From Podospora anserina (lineage: Eukaryota), in NCBI GenBank assembly GCA_017654855.1, contig CM030334.1, forward strand, positions 2,728,001 through 2,792,000: a stretch of DNA of 64,000 nt, written 5' to 3'. Below the pieces are notes generated by a model. The model had not been told where the DNA came from. It did not search any database and was given only the letters and a program-made list of their open reading frames with translations. Position numbers and translations under genes: made by a program. Of the stretch, positions 47,094-59,200 are shown in pieces; position 1 is the first letter of the stretch; every line of letters begins with the position of its first letter.

Positions 47094-48269
47094 CTATTGA
47101 GAGTCGGAAGGAACACCGTAAGTGCGGTAGGTTGGCCGCGGGGCGTCATAGGCGCTGGCATTGTATATCTGCCGGGTCAGGCTCGAAGAGAGATAGGGGA
47201 GCAAGTTGGGTGGTGAGGGATAACGGGGATAGCCATATCCAGAACTGCTCGGTAGTCCTCTCGACGCCGGAGAAGAAGCCTGAAGGTAAGGGCGTCGCGG
47301 GTTGTACTCTCCCAGGCCATCCGCCCCCGAATTCCCAGCCGCCCCAAGCTTGCCCAGTCCCTTGTCAATCTTGGGGCCGGCCGTGAGAGCAGCCGTCTCC
47401 TCCCGGAGGGAATCCGGAAAGGCCTTCACGCTCTTCTTCTCACTCTCTTCCCCCTCTGCCTCCTCCTTCTCCATCCAATCAACCCGGCTCTCCAACACAC
47501 AGGCCCTCGGTTCAGATGCGTTCTTCTCCCACTCCCTCTCCATCCAATCAGCCCGGCACTCCAACGCACAAACCCTCCCTTCGTATCTTTCCTCCTCCCA
47601 CTCCTCCTCCCACTCCTCCTCCCACTCCTCCTCCCACTCCTCCTCCCACTCCTCCTCCCACTCCTCCTCCCACTCCTCCTCCCACTCCTCCTCCCACTCC
47701 TCCTCCCACTCCTCCTCCCACTCCTCCACCTTCACCACCCTCTCCTCCACAACCGCCTTAAACTCCTCAAACTCCCCCTTCAACTTCTCACACACACAAT
47801 CCCTACTCTTCGCCCCTTCCATCACCCCCACCCTCTCCTTCATCACCCTCTCCCTCTCCTCCAACTCCCTCACCCTCCCCTTCAACTTCCTCACCCGTCC
47901 CTTCGTCTTCTTGTTCTTTTCCTCCTGCTTCTCCAGAAGCGCCATAACATACACCCCAGCATTACGATTCTCCTCCTCCTTCTCCTCCCCAGCCTTCCTC
48001 AGCATCCGCACCTCCTCACCCAACTCCTTGCACATCAGCCGGGTGCGATTAACACTGTCAAAAAGTTGACGGAGAAAAGTCATGAACTTGACGTCCTCAG
48101 TCTTTGCCTTGCTCGCCATCTCCTCCAGCTTGGCGACCCGATCGTTGAGTTCGGCTTGGGTTCTGTGGATGGGGGAGAAGGCGTAGAGACCTGAGGAGGG
48201 AGACGAGGAAGAGGACATGCTGTCGTTGTTGTTGTTGTTGTTGTTGTTATCTTGAAAAGGTGAAGACAT
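47094..48269 (-). CDS. Orphan coiled-coil/acidic protein with (EEEW)n repeat
   Basis: Long open frame; likely ATG at 48269 directly after GCTAAC...CAG acceptor (upstream intron); coiled-coil-like N-terminal half. Confidence 0.55.
   Translation of the reverse strand: MSSPFQDNNNNNNNNDSMSSSSSPSSGLYAFSPIHRTQAELNDRVAKLEEMASKAKTEDVKFMTFLRQLFDSVNRTRLMCKELGEEVRMLRKAGEEKEEENRNAGVYVMALLEKQEEKNKKTKGRVRKLKGRVRELEERERVMKERVGVMEGAKSRDCVCEKLKGEFEEFKAVVEERVVKVEEWEEEWEEEWEEEWEEEWEEEWEEEWEEEWEEEWEEEWEEEWEEERYEGRVCALECRADWMEREWEKNASEPRACVLESRVDWMEKEEAEGEESEKKSVKAFPDSLREETAALTAGPKIDKGLGKLGAAGNSGADGLGEYNPRRPYLQASSPASRGLPSSSGYGYPRYPSPPNLLPYLSSSLTRQIYNASAYDAPRPTYRTYGVPSDSQ
47591..47726 (-). repeat. 12-bp coding tandem repeat (GAGGAGGAGTGG), ~11 copies
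   Basis: Perfect CCACTCCTCCTC units on the + strand; encodes EEEW. Confidence 0.95.
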
Positions 48270-49021
48270 CTGCAAGTCGGAATGGGGAGTTAGGTTAGCA
48301 GGTATGTTTGGATGTTGAGTTATCGTGGTGTTAAGAAAGAGGGGTTGTGTTGAAGGTGGTAGAGCGGAAGGGATAGTTGTGATATGGGTGAAAGAAAATG
48401 ATGTGTGTGATGATGGAAGCCAGGTGATGAAGGCAGTGTGTTGATGAAAACAAGCCTTCGTTGATGGCCGTACCTTGTCGACAAGTGAGTCAATTGACCT
48501 TGACAATATCCCAGAAAGAAAAGTGATCCTTCTAGGAATCCCGAGACACCTATAACTCTGGAAAAGAAAAGGAAAAAGAGAGAGAAATGCGGGAGGGTGC
48601 AAAGGGTTTAAGTAAAACCGCCCAAACAGAGCTATATCAGCAAAGTCCACCCCGAGATCACGCCGACCTCGTTATCACGACCACCCAAACTCTAATGCTC
48701 ACGCCCTCGGAGCAAGCAAGTGGGACATCAGAAAGCCACATCAACTCAGAACCAAAAAAAACCCACAATGACGCAATTCCCAAATCTATTCACAACACCA
48801 ATGCTAAACCAATATCATTTTACCTCTGCCCGAGTGCCCAGCTACCGTTCCCCAAGACTAGATATACACAATACGATATCTGACCCAAGCATCAAAAACG
48901 CCATAGCCCCCACCCACCCATTAGAAGCCCTAAACGCCACATATACATGCAAGTCTTTTTCTCCATCTCCTAATCATGAAAGATAGCTCCACTGTGGCCA
49001 CCAGTGACCTCGCCGTGTGCC

Positions 49022-52000
49022 TCACCGAGGATGGGGAAACTGGTCCTCCAACTGCATCCTGACCCCCACATTCATAGAAATCAGCTCCTGCAGCAGCAGC
49101 TTGGCAGCGTACGGCATGTTCATCTTGGTGACATTGCTCGTCGTCTTGCAAGTCTGGCAGTACCCCTTGTAGCCCATCAGACCGCACCGCTCGCAGACGT
49201 CCACCTTGGTAACGTCAGAGCTGTACATCAACCGTTCCAGCAACAGCTGCGAGGCGCCGTAGGCAATCAGGCAATCACGCTCCATTTCTCCCAAACGCAA
49301 ACCACCGTCACGCGAACGACCCTCGGTGGGCTGACGTGTGAGGACCGCGCGCGGGCCGCGAGAGCGAGAGTGCATCTTGTCTGCCACCATGTGCTTGAGG
49401 CGCTGGTAAAAGATGGGCCCGTTGAAAAGATAGGCCTCGTGGGGCTCGCCCGTGATGCCGGATGTGAAGTAATCCTTGCCCTCCCACGAGAAGCCGTGCT
49501 CGATCAACACCTTGCCCATTTCTTCCACCGGATGAGACCGAAAGGCATCACCAAAGCCGTACTCCCGCCTTCCTGCCACGACGGACGCCTTGCCGGTCAA
49601 GCACTCAAACAACTTGCCGACAGTCATACGCGATGGGAAGCCGTGGGGGTTCATGATGATATCGGGCGTCAGACCCTTGTCGGAGAAGGGCAGGTCCTCT
49701 TGGTCCACAATGATACCAACAACACCCTTCTGGCCGTGACGAGACGAAAACTTGTCACCAAGCTCTGGTCGGCGTGTTTGTCTGGTCCGGACCTTCAGCA
49801 GCGGCGTGCCGCTCTCCTTGGTGGTGATGACCACCTTGTCGACAATGGCTGGATCCTTGATCTTGTAGCTGATGGGACAGGGACGGAACTCGGTGATTTT
49901 CCGATCCTCACCAATGTTTGTTGACGTCTGGTCGACCGGGGTCTCCTTCATGATCATGATATCGCCGTCCTTCATTTTCATTCCAGGAGTAGCGAGACCA
50001 TCATTGTCAAGCACCGCATGTCGATCCTTGGCCTTGCCGTCTTCATCGCGTTGCACGCCACCAAGTCGGTCCTTGTTTCGGTTGGGGTACTGTAGGAGCT
50101 CGGTCGTGTACTTCTTGAACACCTGGCAGCGACCGAATCCTCGATCGCAGGATGCCTTGTTGAGCACAAGGGCGTCTTCAATATCGTACCCCGAGTACGA
50201 CATGACGACAACCGTGGCGTTTTGGCCAGCAGGGAGCTTGTCGTAATGGATAAGTTGAATGGTCTTGGTGATGACCATGGGTCGTTGAGGATACACGAGC
50301 GTGTAGTGAAGAGTATCGATGCGGTTTTGCTGGTTGTATGCGATGAAGCCTATCGCTTGCTTGCCCATGGCGCATTGGTAGGTGTTACGGGGCGACTGGT
50401 TGTGGTGAGGGAACGGAATGAGGCCCGCAACTGCGCCCAGGATGGTGAATGGCTCGATTTCCAGATGAGTTGTCTGGTCGTTGATGTCCGACTCGTGGAC
50501 GGCAATCAGCGCGTCGTTTTCCTCATTCACATCCAGATATTCCAGCACACCCTTCTTCAAAAAGTCCTCAAATGTGGCCTTCTTGTGCCGGAGAAGATCC
50601 AGATGTGCTGCCTCCAGCATGGACTTTCCGTTCTCGACAATGATGTATGGCCGACAGATACGCCCTTCATCGGTGGCGATGTGGATCGAGGCTGTGGCAT
50701 GACTGGTGTGAATCCCAATAAAGGCCGACAGCACGCCGCGGCGACGGAACTGCTTGAACCTCTTGGTGAAGGCCGCCGCGTCAAGGGTCAGAGCATACGG
50801 CGTGCCGTTTACGTGAATGATGAAGGCGTTTTCTTCATGCATCTCTGTGCCGCTGCACTCCTCGATAAGCCGGATGCCCTCGATCAATGTCGAGACGCAC
50901 TTCTTGACCTTTTCTTCTCCTGCCTCGGTGGTGATATGTGTCATGAGCGCCAAGTTCTTGACCAGACCACAGGCCTCGCCTTCAGGTGTGTCGGATGTGC
51001 ACAACATACCCCACTGCGAGGGCTGGAGGGCTCTGGGACCCGATACCTTTCGTGTCTTTTCGAACTGACTGCTGATTCTCGTCATCATGCCGAGGGCAGC
51101 AATATAGCTCAGACGACTGAGAACGTGTGTGACGCCGGCCCGATTCATACCGAAACGCTTGACTGTCCAATTCCCGCTCTGAATGGCCCGGTTCAGCCCT
51201 TGGGTGATCATTGTACCATAAGAGCCGATGGGACCGATGGGGTCATAAGCTGACGTGCGGTTGGGTCTCTTGAAAAAGTGCTCCATGTTCGCCTTGAGTT
51301 GCCCAATAAATCCTTTGAGCAGATCCTCGAATAGCAAAGACAGCAGCTGGCCGGCCAACTCCAAACGCTTGTTGCCGACGAAATCACGGTCGTCGACCAG
51401 CTCGGGATTGTGAACGGCCATCAGGATGCGCCGCACCATCATGGCGATGTAGATGGTCTTGGGATAAAAGTCCAGGTCCTTGACGGTGACATGGGCCACA
51501 ATCAGGTTGGAGAGGGCATCCAAGCCTTCCTCGATGGGGTTGCGCCGTGGTCCAGCAGAGAACTTGGGGCTTGGCTTTTTCGGGCCGCCCATCTTGACTC
51601 TGGCACCCACATATTCCAGAGCCTGTTGCTGCGTGTAGACGCCAGCCTTTGCTGCGTCCTCAAAGTTGATGAGGAAGTCGTCTTGGTATCTCGAGTCTCC
51701 TCCCGCCACCAGCTCCATGATGTCGTAGTCAGACAGTCCCCCGAGGGCCTTGAGAACGATCACGATGGGAATCGCCTCGACGAGAATGTTGTGGGTGAGA
51801 AGGATGCGGTCCTTCTTGAGAACGACGTAGGTCTTGGACTTGCGTTCGTGGGTAGAACTGGTGACCGAGGCCTGCACGCCACCCTTGTCGTCCTTTTCCA
51901 CAATCACACGGTTCTTGCTGAGCTGTTCCTGAATCAAAATGACCTTTTCTGTGCCGCCGACAATAAAGTAGCCACCCGGATCCAGAGGACACTCGTTGAG

Positions 52001-52504
52001 CTCCTCCATCCTCGCATTATTGGCACCGTTGAGGTAGCACTTGGAGCTCTTGAGCATGACGGGGATGCGGCAGAGCTGGACATTTTTGCGGATATTTCTG
52101 ACGCCGTTCTTGGGGTAGGCGATATCGACAACGACGGGGGCGGCATAGGTAGCATCGCGAAGACGGCACTCCATGGGCGACACGGTTGTCGAGCTCTGCC
52201 ACTGGAGCTGCGAGTTTTCATTTCTCGTGGGCTTGCCGACGCGGATGTCGGTGAACTCGAGCCAGAAGCTGGGTTCCTGGTCGCATCGGATCACTCGGTT
52301 GGCCTCGACGATCTTCTTGATGTCCTCCTCGACAAAGTAGTTGTACGAGTCGATGTGCTGCTTTACCAGCCCCTTGACCTTGAGGAAGGCGGGCAGCAGC
52401 TGGTACTTGTCCTGCTTGGTGTTGATGGGATCCGTGAGCCGTTTGCCGTTGTAGAAGGGCTCCAGCAGAGCCTCGAAGCCATCGTCGACGGCTGCCGAAG
52501 GCAT
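49022..52504 (-). CDS. RET1: RNA polymerase III second-largest subunit (RPC2/Ret1)
   Basis: LLPAFLKVKGLVKQHIDSYNYF, GYFIVGGTEKVILIQEQLSKN, SSQFEKTRKVSGPR, GDKFSSRHGQKG, MNPHGFPSRMTVG, GLRLGEMERDC; intronless; first ATG at 52504. Confidence 0.96.
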   Translation of the reverse strand: MPSAAVDDGFEALLEPFYNGKRLTDPINTKQDKYQLLPAFLKVKGLVKQHIDSYNYFVEEDIKKIVEANRVIRCDQEPSFWLEFTDIRVGKPTRNENSQLQWQSSTTVSPMECRLRDATYAAPVVVDIAYPKNGVRNIRKNVQLCRIPVMLKSSKCYLNGANNARMEELNECPLDPGGYFIVGGTEKVILIQEQLSKNRVIVEKDDKGGVQASVTSSTHERKSKTYVVLKKDRILLTHNILVEAIPIVIVLKALGGLSDYDIMELVAGGDSRYQDDFLINFEDAAKAGVYTQQQALEYVGARVKMGGPKKPSPKFSAGPRRNPIEEGLDALSNLIVAHVTVKDLDFYPKTIYIAMMVRRILMAVHNPELVDDRDFVGNKRLELAGQLLSLLFEDLLKGFIGQLKANMEHFFKRPNRTSAYDPIGPIGSYGTMITQGLNRAIQSGNWTVKRFGMNRAGVTHVLSRLSYIAALGMMTRISSQFEKTRKVSGPRALQPSQWGMLCTSDTPEGEACGLVKNLALMTHITTEAGEEKVKKCVSTLIEGIRLIEECSGTEMHEENAFIIHVNGTPYALTLDAAAFTKRFKQFRRRGVLSAFIGIHTSHATASIHIATDEGRICRPYIIVENGKSMLEAAHLDLLRHKKATFEDFLKKGVLEYLDVNEENDALIAVHESDINDQTTHLEIEPFTILGAVAGLIPFPHHNQSPRNTYQCAMGKQAIGFIAYNQQNRIDTLHYTLVYPQRPMVITKTIQLIHYDKLPAGQNATVVVMSYSGYDIEDALVLNKASCDRGFGRCQVFKKYTTELLQYPNRNKDRLGGVQRDEDGKAKDRHAVLDNDGLATPGMKMKDGDIMIMKETPVDQTSTNIGEDRKITEFRPCPISYKIKDPAIVDKVVITTKESGTPLLKVRTRQTRRPELGDKFSSRHGQKGVVGIIVDQEDLPFSDKGLTPDIIMNPHGFPSRMTVGKLFECLTGKASVVAGRREYGFGDAFRSHPVEEMGKVLIEHGFSWEGKDYFTSGITGEPHEAYLFNGPIFYQRLKHMVADKMHSRSRGPRAVLTRQPTEGRSRDGGLRLGEMERDCLIAYGASQLLLERLMYSSDVTKVDVCERCGLMGYKGYCQTCKTTSNVTKMNMPYAAKLLLQELISMNVGVRMQLEDQFPHPR

Positions 52505-52651
52505 CTTGGTCGTGTCGTGCTGTTCAACCGTGACCGAGACGCTGAGCAGTGTGTGTATAGTTAGTGGTGTAGTGAATGTCAAAGGGATCTGCTCGTGACT
52601 CTAATAAACTCTAGGTAATTTTGCCCCGCGGTGATAGGCGTCGGCCTTTTT

Positions 52652-52665
52652 CTTATCGCGATAAG
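52652..52665. promoter_or_regulatory. Palindromic double GCGATAAG (PAC-like) element upstream of RPC2
   Basis: Perfect palindrome CTTATCGCGATAAG ~150 bp upstream of the ATG. Confidence 0.5.
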
Positions 52666-55213
52666 GAATTGAAGAAGAGGCAGGGTTGGCGACGACAGGG
52701 AACCGCCAGGGGTGGGTGTGGCTTGGCACGTTTAAAGGTTGCTCAGGGTTCATCCCACCATCCAAGAATGACAAGCTCTTTGCTATCAACGCCATGGTTG
52801 GCGACACGGGGCTGTGGAAACCGGTTAGAGTTCCCGACGTGTTTTCTCTTTTCCACAGCTCGTCCGCGCAAAGATGGATTGCATACCCGGCGCAGGCAGG
52901 TCGATGTGCTGGCGACAGAGCTGCATCTGGATTCCACTGGTGGATTCAGGGGCAATTGGGGGTCACAAGTCACCACGAGAATTGTAGTTGGCAAAGGCTT
53001 TTGTTATGGGCAGTCTTAACTTCCACTGATGATTATAGAAGTTCAAGAGCAGTCTGGATCGAATTCCACATTCGTCGAAAACTCACCGCCTTTTATTTCT
53101 ATAGATCGGATAGAGTTCCTTCAAGGGTGGGGGTTGCCCTTGAGGCTGACGTAGGTCATCCGATCCTCCTCTTCAAGGTAAGGGGGTAGGTAGGTAGGGT
53201 GAGGTAAGCTGAAGGTGAGAGTCCAGTTATAGGGTTAGAAAGACCCCTTTCCAAGTGCCCGTTGCGGCGCGGGGAGTTGGCGGACTTGTTGGAGTACAAG
53301 GTATTTTCGAGGTCCAAATCTCCCCGGAAAGGCATACCGAGACACTCAAACAGCACCTTTCCGATGCCTCAAAGAGGTCTGTGTCTGTGATACCCTCCAA
53401 CTTTTCTTCTTTTCCATCGAGGATTCCTCTGTCGGGCAGGTGTGGGGCATCGGTCAATGTCATTTCTCATTGGTCAAGCTGAGACACAATCGACGAGAAC
53501 ACTACCCACACCCAACAACATGGCAGCCAGCATCGCCGAGAAAAAGGGGGTTGGGCTGTGTTGTGTGTTGTTGTGAGATGTCGACATCGGACAGAGCCCA
53601 TCTCCACCTTCGATTACTTGCTTCCATTGCTGCTGTTGCAACGGGATGCCGGCGCGAGGACACTTCGAAGAGGGGGTAAGCGAGAAGTGATCAATGCCTA
53701 AGGAGCGGGGAATCAATCCCTTGAGGGGCGGTCCTAGCTCAAGCCGTCACGATCTCGAACCCCGCGGACGAAGGAAGGACTCGGGGCGAGGATGATGACA
53801 AGCAGCCGAGACTTGGGTTGTTGTGAGCAAACAATCAGATATCAGAAAAAGAAGGGACGAAAACTGATAGATATCCGATACTCCGTAGATGTTTGATGAT
53901 GATCGGATTCCATCCCATGGCAGTGGTCTCGCTCACCGGGGGGGGGGACATCACCCGGCTAAATAACTTGCCCCCCGCGCCCGCTCGTTGATAGCGTACA
54001 CAGTACACTACCACAAGCTACTGTGGATACTTGCACCGTTGATCACCACCTGGATTTTGGTTGAAGCTCGAAATATGCCGGCCTCTTCCCCAGACGGCCA
54101 CCTCAGCCCAACGACGGAAGCCGGCCTTTTGAGTAGCGGATGCAAGGCAATTGACTTTGGCACCTGTGTCAGTTGTCACTCAGCTCATGTATGTGAGCTG
54201 CAATAATCACCACCTAGAATGGTCTACTACTCGATTCATCGCCACCGGCATATCGCCCACACGCCACTTATCGATATTGCATCTCACACCACTGGTCCCA
54301 GATATGGTTGAGCCAGCGCAAAAAGCCAAGCATAGCTCCATATAAACCTCCCAGATCCAAGGGTTCCAACCAGTCTTGTCAACCGACAATAGCAGCGAAG
54401 TACACAAACAGGGGGGTGGTCGGCACGAAGTTGGGGAAACAAAAATACTTTGATACCTTCTCGTTGAGGCAGTGTTGGCTGAGAAAGTGACTGCAGGCCC
54501 GTATATCGGCAACCCGTTTTCCCATCACACCTTTCTTGCTCTTTCTGCCGCCCGTTTCCCCTCCCCCCCCAGAAAATGCTCACGTTGTACACCGCTTGTT
54601 TCCCTGATCGCCTGTTCTCGGCCGTGGTGTAGTGTAGGTAGTAGGTAGGAGGCGAAAAACTTACCACGACAGAAAAAGCTGAACGGCCTTTTCTCTTTCT
54701 ATCCTATGCTCTTTTGAGAACGGGACAAGACACATGAAATAGGGGGGGGGGGGATGCCCCAATGAGGTGCCATCGCTTTTGGGGATTGACACACTCCCAC
54801 CTCGCCTCCCGTGAGCAGCGCCAGTCCAGCATCCCCGGACCATGCATGTAGGGAAGGGAGCTCCATGTACTGTACATGCCTAGCGTGCGTGACTGTCTCC
54901 TCTTAACATACCGTAACCACCATTGTCTCTCGAGACATGGTACATACAATTTGACAGTTTGACCCCCAATAAAAGTAAGTAGGTACTAAAGTACTAGGAA
55001 GGGAGCTTCGGGCAGCAAAAAGTGATTGCTCCAAAGCTAGGATGGAAGGGTAAGGTACAAAAGTACATACAAACTGCTACTCGGGACGACACTATCACAG
55101 AGCCATGAAGGTTGCCTTTCGTTCGGGAGCCACCAGCTTTCTCTCTGGCACCACGGTCCGCTGCGAGCGTTTCAACTTGTTGCTCCTCTCCATCTCTGCC
55201 CGCCCGGCCTCTT

Positions 55214-55216
<3 letters not shown>

Positions 55217-55284
<68 letters not shown>

Positions 55285-55339
55285 TTTTTTTTGTATTTTT
55301 TTTGTTCTTTTTGTTTTTTTTTGTTTTTTTTTTGTTTTT
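55217..55339. repeat. Poly(T) tract (67 uninterrupted T) with degenerate T-rich tail
   Basis: T run 55217-55283, then T-rich sequence to ~55339; ~1 kb upstream of the PUF gene. Confidence 0.95.
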
Positions 55340-56273
55340 GCACACGAGCCGCTCTTTGCGTGTGGTTCCAGGCTCTCACCCTCACAGGCTCGGGTTGTTT
55401 TCTAGTGTGGGATCCCCAAAGTGTTAGTGCAAACGTGCAGGTGGTGGGACCCACGGCAGCCCAATCGTCAGGGTGGGGATGTCTTAGCGTTCGAGGGGGA
55501 CGAGCTTGGCTAACCAGACCCTTTACTGGACAGCAACGCCTCTTTCCGCCCTGCCAGGGGTGACTGGCCTGTCTGCCACTGTCTGGTCATCCATCCCCAT
55601 AAACCACAACCTCCTCCACCACCTCACCCCCAACGACGAAGCCGGCCCGTTTCCACACACTTTCCCTGAACACACGTACCCACGCTCTTTTGTACTGTGC
55701 TTCAAGACCAGTCTTTTTTTTGCTGCTGCTCCTTGGCTATTCCTATCGTGTGCCAACAGATTCTCTAAAACCAGGTCAGTGACTGTGTCCCAGAGTGCGT
55801 GCGCGCGCATTGTCCCCTCCGCCGTCTGTCTGCCGCCCATCGCGGAACACCACAGCCGGCCGGGCGCCGCCGAGGGAGGGGAGGGGAGGGAAGCAACCAT
55901 CAAGCGGGGAGAGTGAAGAGGGCTTGAGGCAACCGCGAGAACTGCAAGCCGACGTATTCTGCGTCTATCTCACATCTGGCCGCTCAACAATTCAGCCCTT
56001 GGAAAGCTTCCTTCAAATCGGTGAACCTTGATGCCGTCCTCAACCGAAGCCTCGTCCCAACAGCCACCGCCTCTCTGCTCTTCCAGGCTGCTTGTGAATG
56101 CGCGCGCATATCCACTTACTACTTGCCCCATACAGCCCCAAGTGCTCATGCCCCCCCGCATCATGACAAGCCGCTGACCATGCCTCCTCGTCATATAGAC
56201 TTATAGAGCAAGATTCCACCGTCGAACCCGCCTAGCCGTGTATGAAAATTGGTGTGGTTGTTGTTGTTGTTGT

Positions 56274-59200
56274 ATGTACCATAGGGCGGACGAGATGGAC
56301 GACTATTTCCGGATCCAGCAGAGTTCTCGGGGTGATTCGCAAGTGAACGCGACATTGGGCCTTGTATCGCCTTCTCGAAATCCTCTTCTTCCTCGCCGGT
56401 TTACTGCCGATTCCGGACGTGTACCAACATTGTCCACTATCAATACCATTCAACCGCCGCAAACACAGCAGCAACATCAGCGGGTACCTGAGCCGCAGGA
56501 CTTTGCTTCCACTGCGGTACGTGTACCCCTCAAATTTCTTGGTTGGTGGCTTGAGAAGAAAGGGGTTGCGTTTGAGTTGATTACGCGCCCCCTAGGTGGA
56601 TTTGGAGGGTTATCTGATTGAGTAGACCTTGAGCCGTGGCTGACGCTTTAAAAAACAGGCTATGCACAAAGTTCAACTGGTATGTTGAAAAAACAACAGA
56701 GTTTCCTGCTTTGGAAAAACATAACAGGGCAACCTGCGGACCTGTCAGCCGTGGCAACTTCATTGCTCCGACTTCCTCACCTCACCTATCTTTCGTCGTG
56801 GGTGGTGCCGTTCTGGCGAGACAGTATGGCTGACTTTTATCTTCTTCTTCAACAGCTAGAGAAAAAGCGTCAGGACTACGAGCGCCTACGAGAGCAGCGT
56901 AGGCGCTTCGAGGCAGAAATGCAGAAGCTGGACGCTCAGACAAGGCTAGAGGCACAGGAGCTTCAGCAGATGACTGAGGATATCGCCAAGAGACTGGGGG
57001 CCGGCCATCAGTCAGAGCCGACGACGCCTCCCGAGTACCGCGAGGTGAATACATCCTTGTCAACCATCTGGTCGACATCGCGGCCAAACCGGTACTCGAC
57101 CTCGAGCCTGACATCACCCCCGGGCCTCTACAACCGACCCAACAGATCTGGTTCGCTGCTGACATCACCTCAATCCGGTGGTGGTGCTATCCCGGCCCGG
57201 TACGCCTTTGACGACCCCTTGTCCCATTCGGTGCCTGGATCCCGTCGCAACAGCGACGAGGACGACGAGAAGGAGGAGGCAGTTCGCCAGGATCCCACCA
57301 GTCACCGCTCCACCAATCAGTAAGTTCTTGTCTTGGCTTTTCTTGCTGGCTGCTCTTCTGCCACTGCTTCTGAATTATCCCTGGGTGTCGGCTTTGGCTG
57401 TGTACTGCTGTTCGAAGTGTGAGAGGAGGGAGACACAGCTTGGGGGTCGGAGATGTGTACTGCAGCAACACTGAAGCTCGGTGTTCTCTGCTTGAACTGC
57501 CAGCTTGTCAGAGGTGAAGAAGCGCTCGGGCCAACTGTCGTTGCTCCTGCCGTGGTGAAATTGGTGTATGGACCAGAGCCCCCCCCTTCTCGCCGCCCAT
57601 TACCGCCCTCTTGAGTGATCTCAGCAGCTGGTTGCAAACAAGCAGGGCCGTTGGTGGTTTTCTGGAATAATTCCGCTTCTTCCCACCCCAGCAACTCTCT
57701 CTTCCTCTTCGCAACACCTCACGTCGCCGACTGGTTGATATTCACATCATCCATATCAGTACCGCTTGTTACTTGTCTTTCACCACAATCCTTTTGTTGT
57801 TTCCGTGTTTTTGTGTTTGCAACATTGTTTTTGCTGTTCGCCGTGTCCCGTCGCTAACTCGACTCACACTCAGCCTCAACCGGTATTCTATGCCGGTGAC
57901 CAAGTCTCGAACCTATCTGGGTGATTTTGAGGACAGCAACAACACCACGGGCTTCCTCTTTGGAGACGAAGACTCCCATCTCGAGGATACCCGAACCACT
58001 CCTACAGCGGAGGCTTTCAACACGATCTATCGCTCGCAAGCCTATTCTCAACTGGTGAGTTACCTTGCCCCGACCTTCTTCCGTTCATCTGAATCGCCTC
58101 GACTTCTTCACCCATCACCCATCTCTCTTTTGTTGCGGAGAATTGGAAGGTCACAGGGCGAGAATGACGTTAGCCAGCTCGCTCTTGCCGTGAAGAACTG
58201 TCAGGGCTTGTGAGATGAAAATTCTTTCTTCTCGCTCATTTCCCGGCCTGAGGTTAATAGGCCGACCTTCTTGTTCTTCTCCTCGCCCCTCACCTCTCCC
58301 CCAATTCACTCTCAATTATTCACTCCCATTGAACAATACTTCCGCTCTCTTTCCCCACTCTTTCATCTTCATCGCGATTTCTTATAGCCACCTCGCGACT
58401 CCGAAAGGATCAACTGTTGCTAACCTTTTTTCACCCAACAGACCTCATCTGCTCTGGATTCTGAACCCACCTCAACCAGTACTTGGAGTAATCTTACCAA
58501 GCATCAACAGCGACAAAGCATGTCTACCATCGGTTCCAACGGTCTCAACGGTGCCGGCCCGGTCGGTTCCCCTCCTTCGGAGCCTGGTACCATTGGCAGC
58601 CGCCCGGCCAGCATCCGTCACTCAATGGATGGCATGAAGTTTATGTCCGAGAGCGTCACCACGCCCTTGGACACTCCTGCCTCTGTTGTTTCCCCTCCTG
58701 CCGCCCACGCCGTGGCCTCGCCCCCCAAGCTTCAGCAGTCGTACTCTGCCAACGACGTCCCGACCATCAAGACCAATGGCTCGACTCTGGGTGCCAATAC
58801 CAATGTCCATGCTCAGCAGCATTTCCACAACCACAATGCCAGCTTGGGACGCTTCCCTGCCGGTGCCATGAATCGCCACAGCCAGAACATGTCTGGTGAT
58901 GTCCGCGTGGCCAACGGTCATGACATTGCTGCTGGTTATCCCTCCATCTCGTCCACCCTGTCGACCCTGCATGCCCAAGCTACCCCTTTCCAGGCTCCGA
59001 ACCAGCAGCCCCAGGCCGCGGTCATGCCGGCCCCTCCTTCGCTGGGCGGAGTCCAGTATAGTCCTTACTATGCTGCTGCTGTGCCTGGTAGCGTGCCGTA
59101 CAACGGGGGGCAGCCATTCAATCCCTATGGCATGCTCGTGCCGAGCTTCAGCAACCTCAGCATTGGCAGTGCCGTGCCACAGCCTTCTCAGGCCACGCAG

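Noticed and set aside
53230-53238. CTAACCCTA on the - strand (also CAACCCTAAC near 17317) as a telomerase RNA template
   Set aside because: Short matches are expected by chance; no recognisable pseudoknot or CR4/5, and only ~600 nt of room before the RPC2 promoter.
53725-53765. TAGCTCAAG A-box-like sequence suggesting a tRNA
   Set aside because: No cloverleaf, T-loop or acceptor stem could be built.
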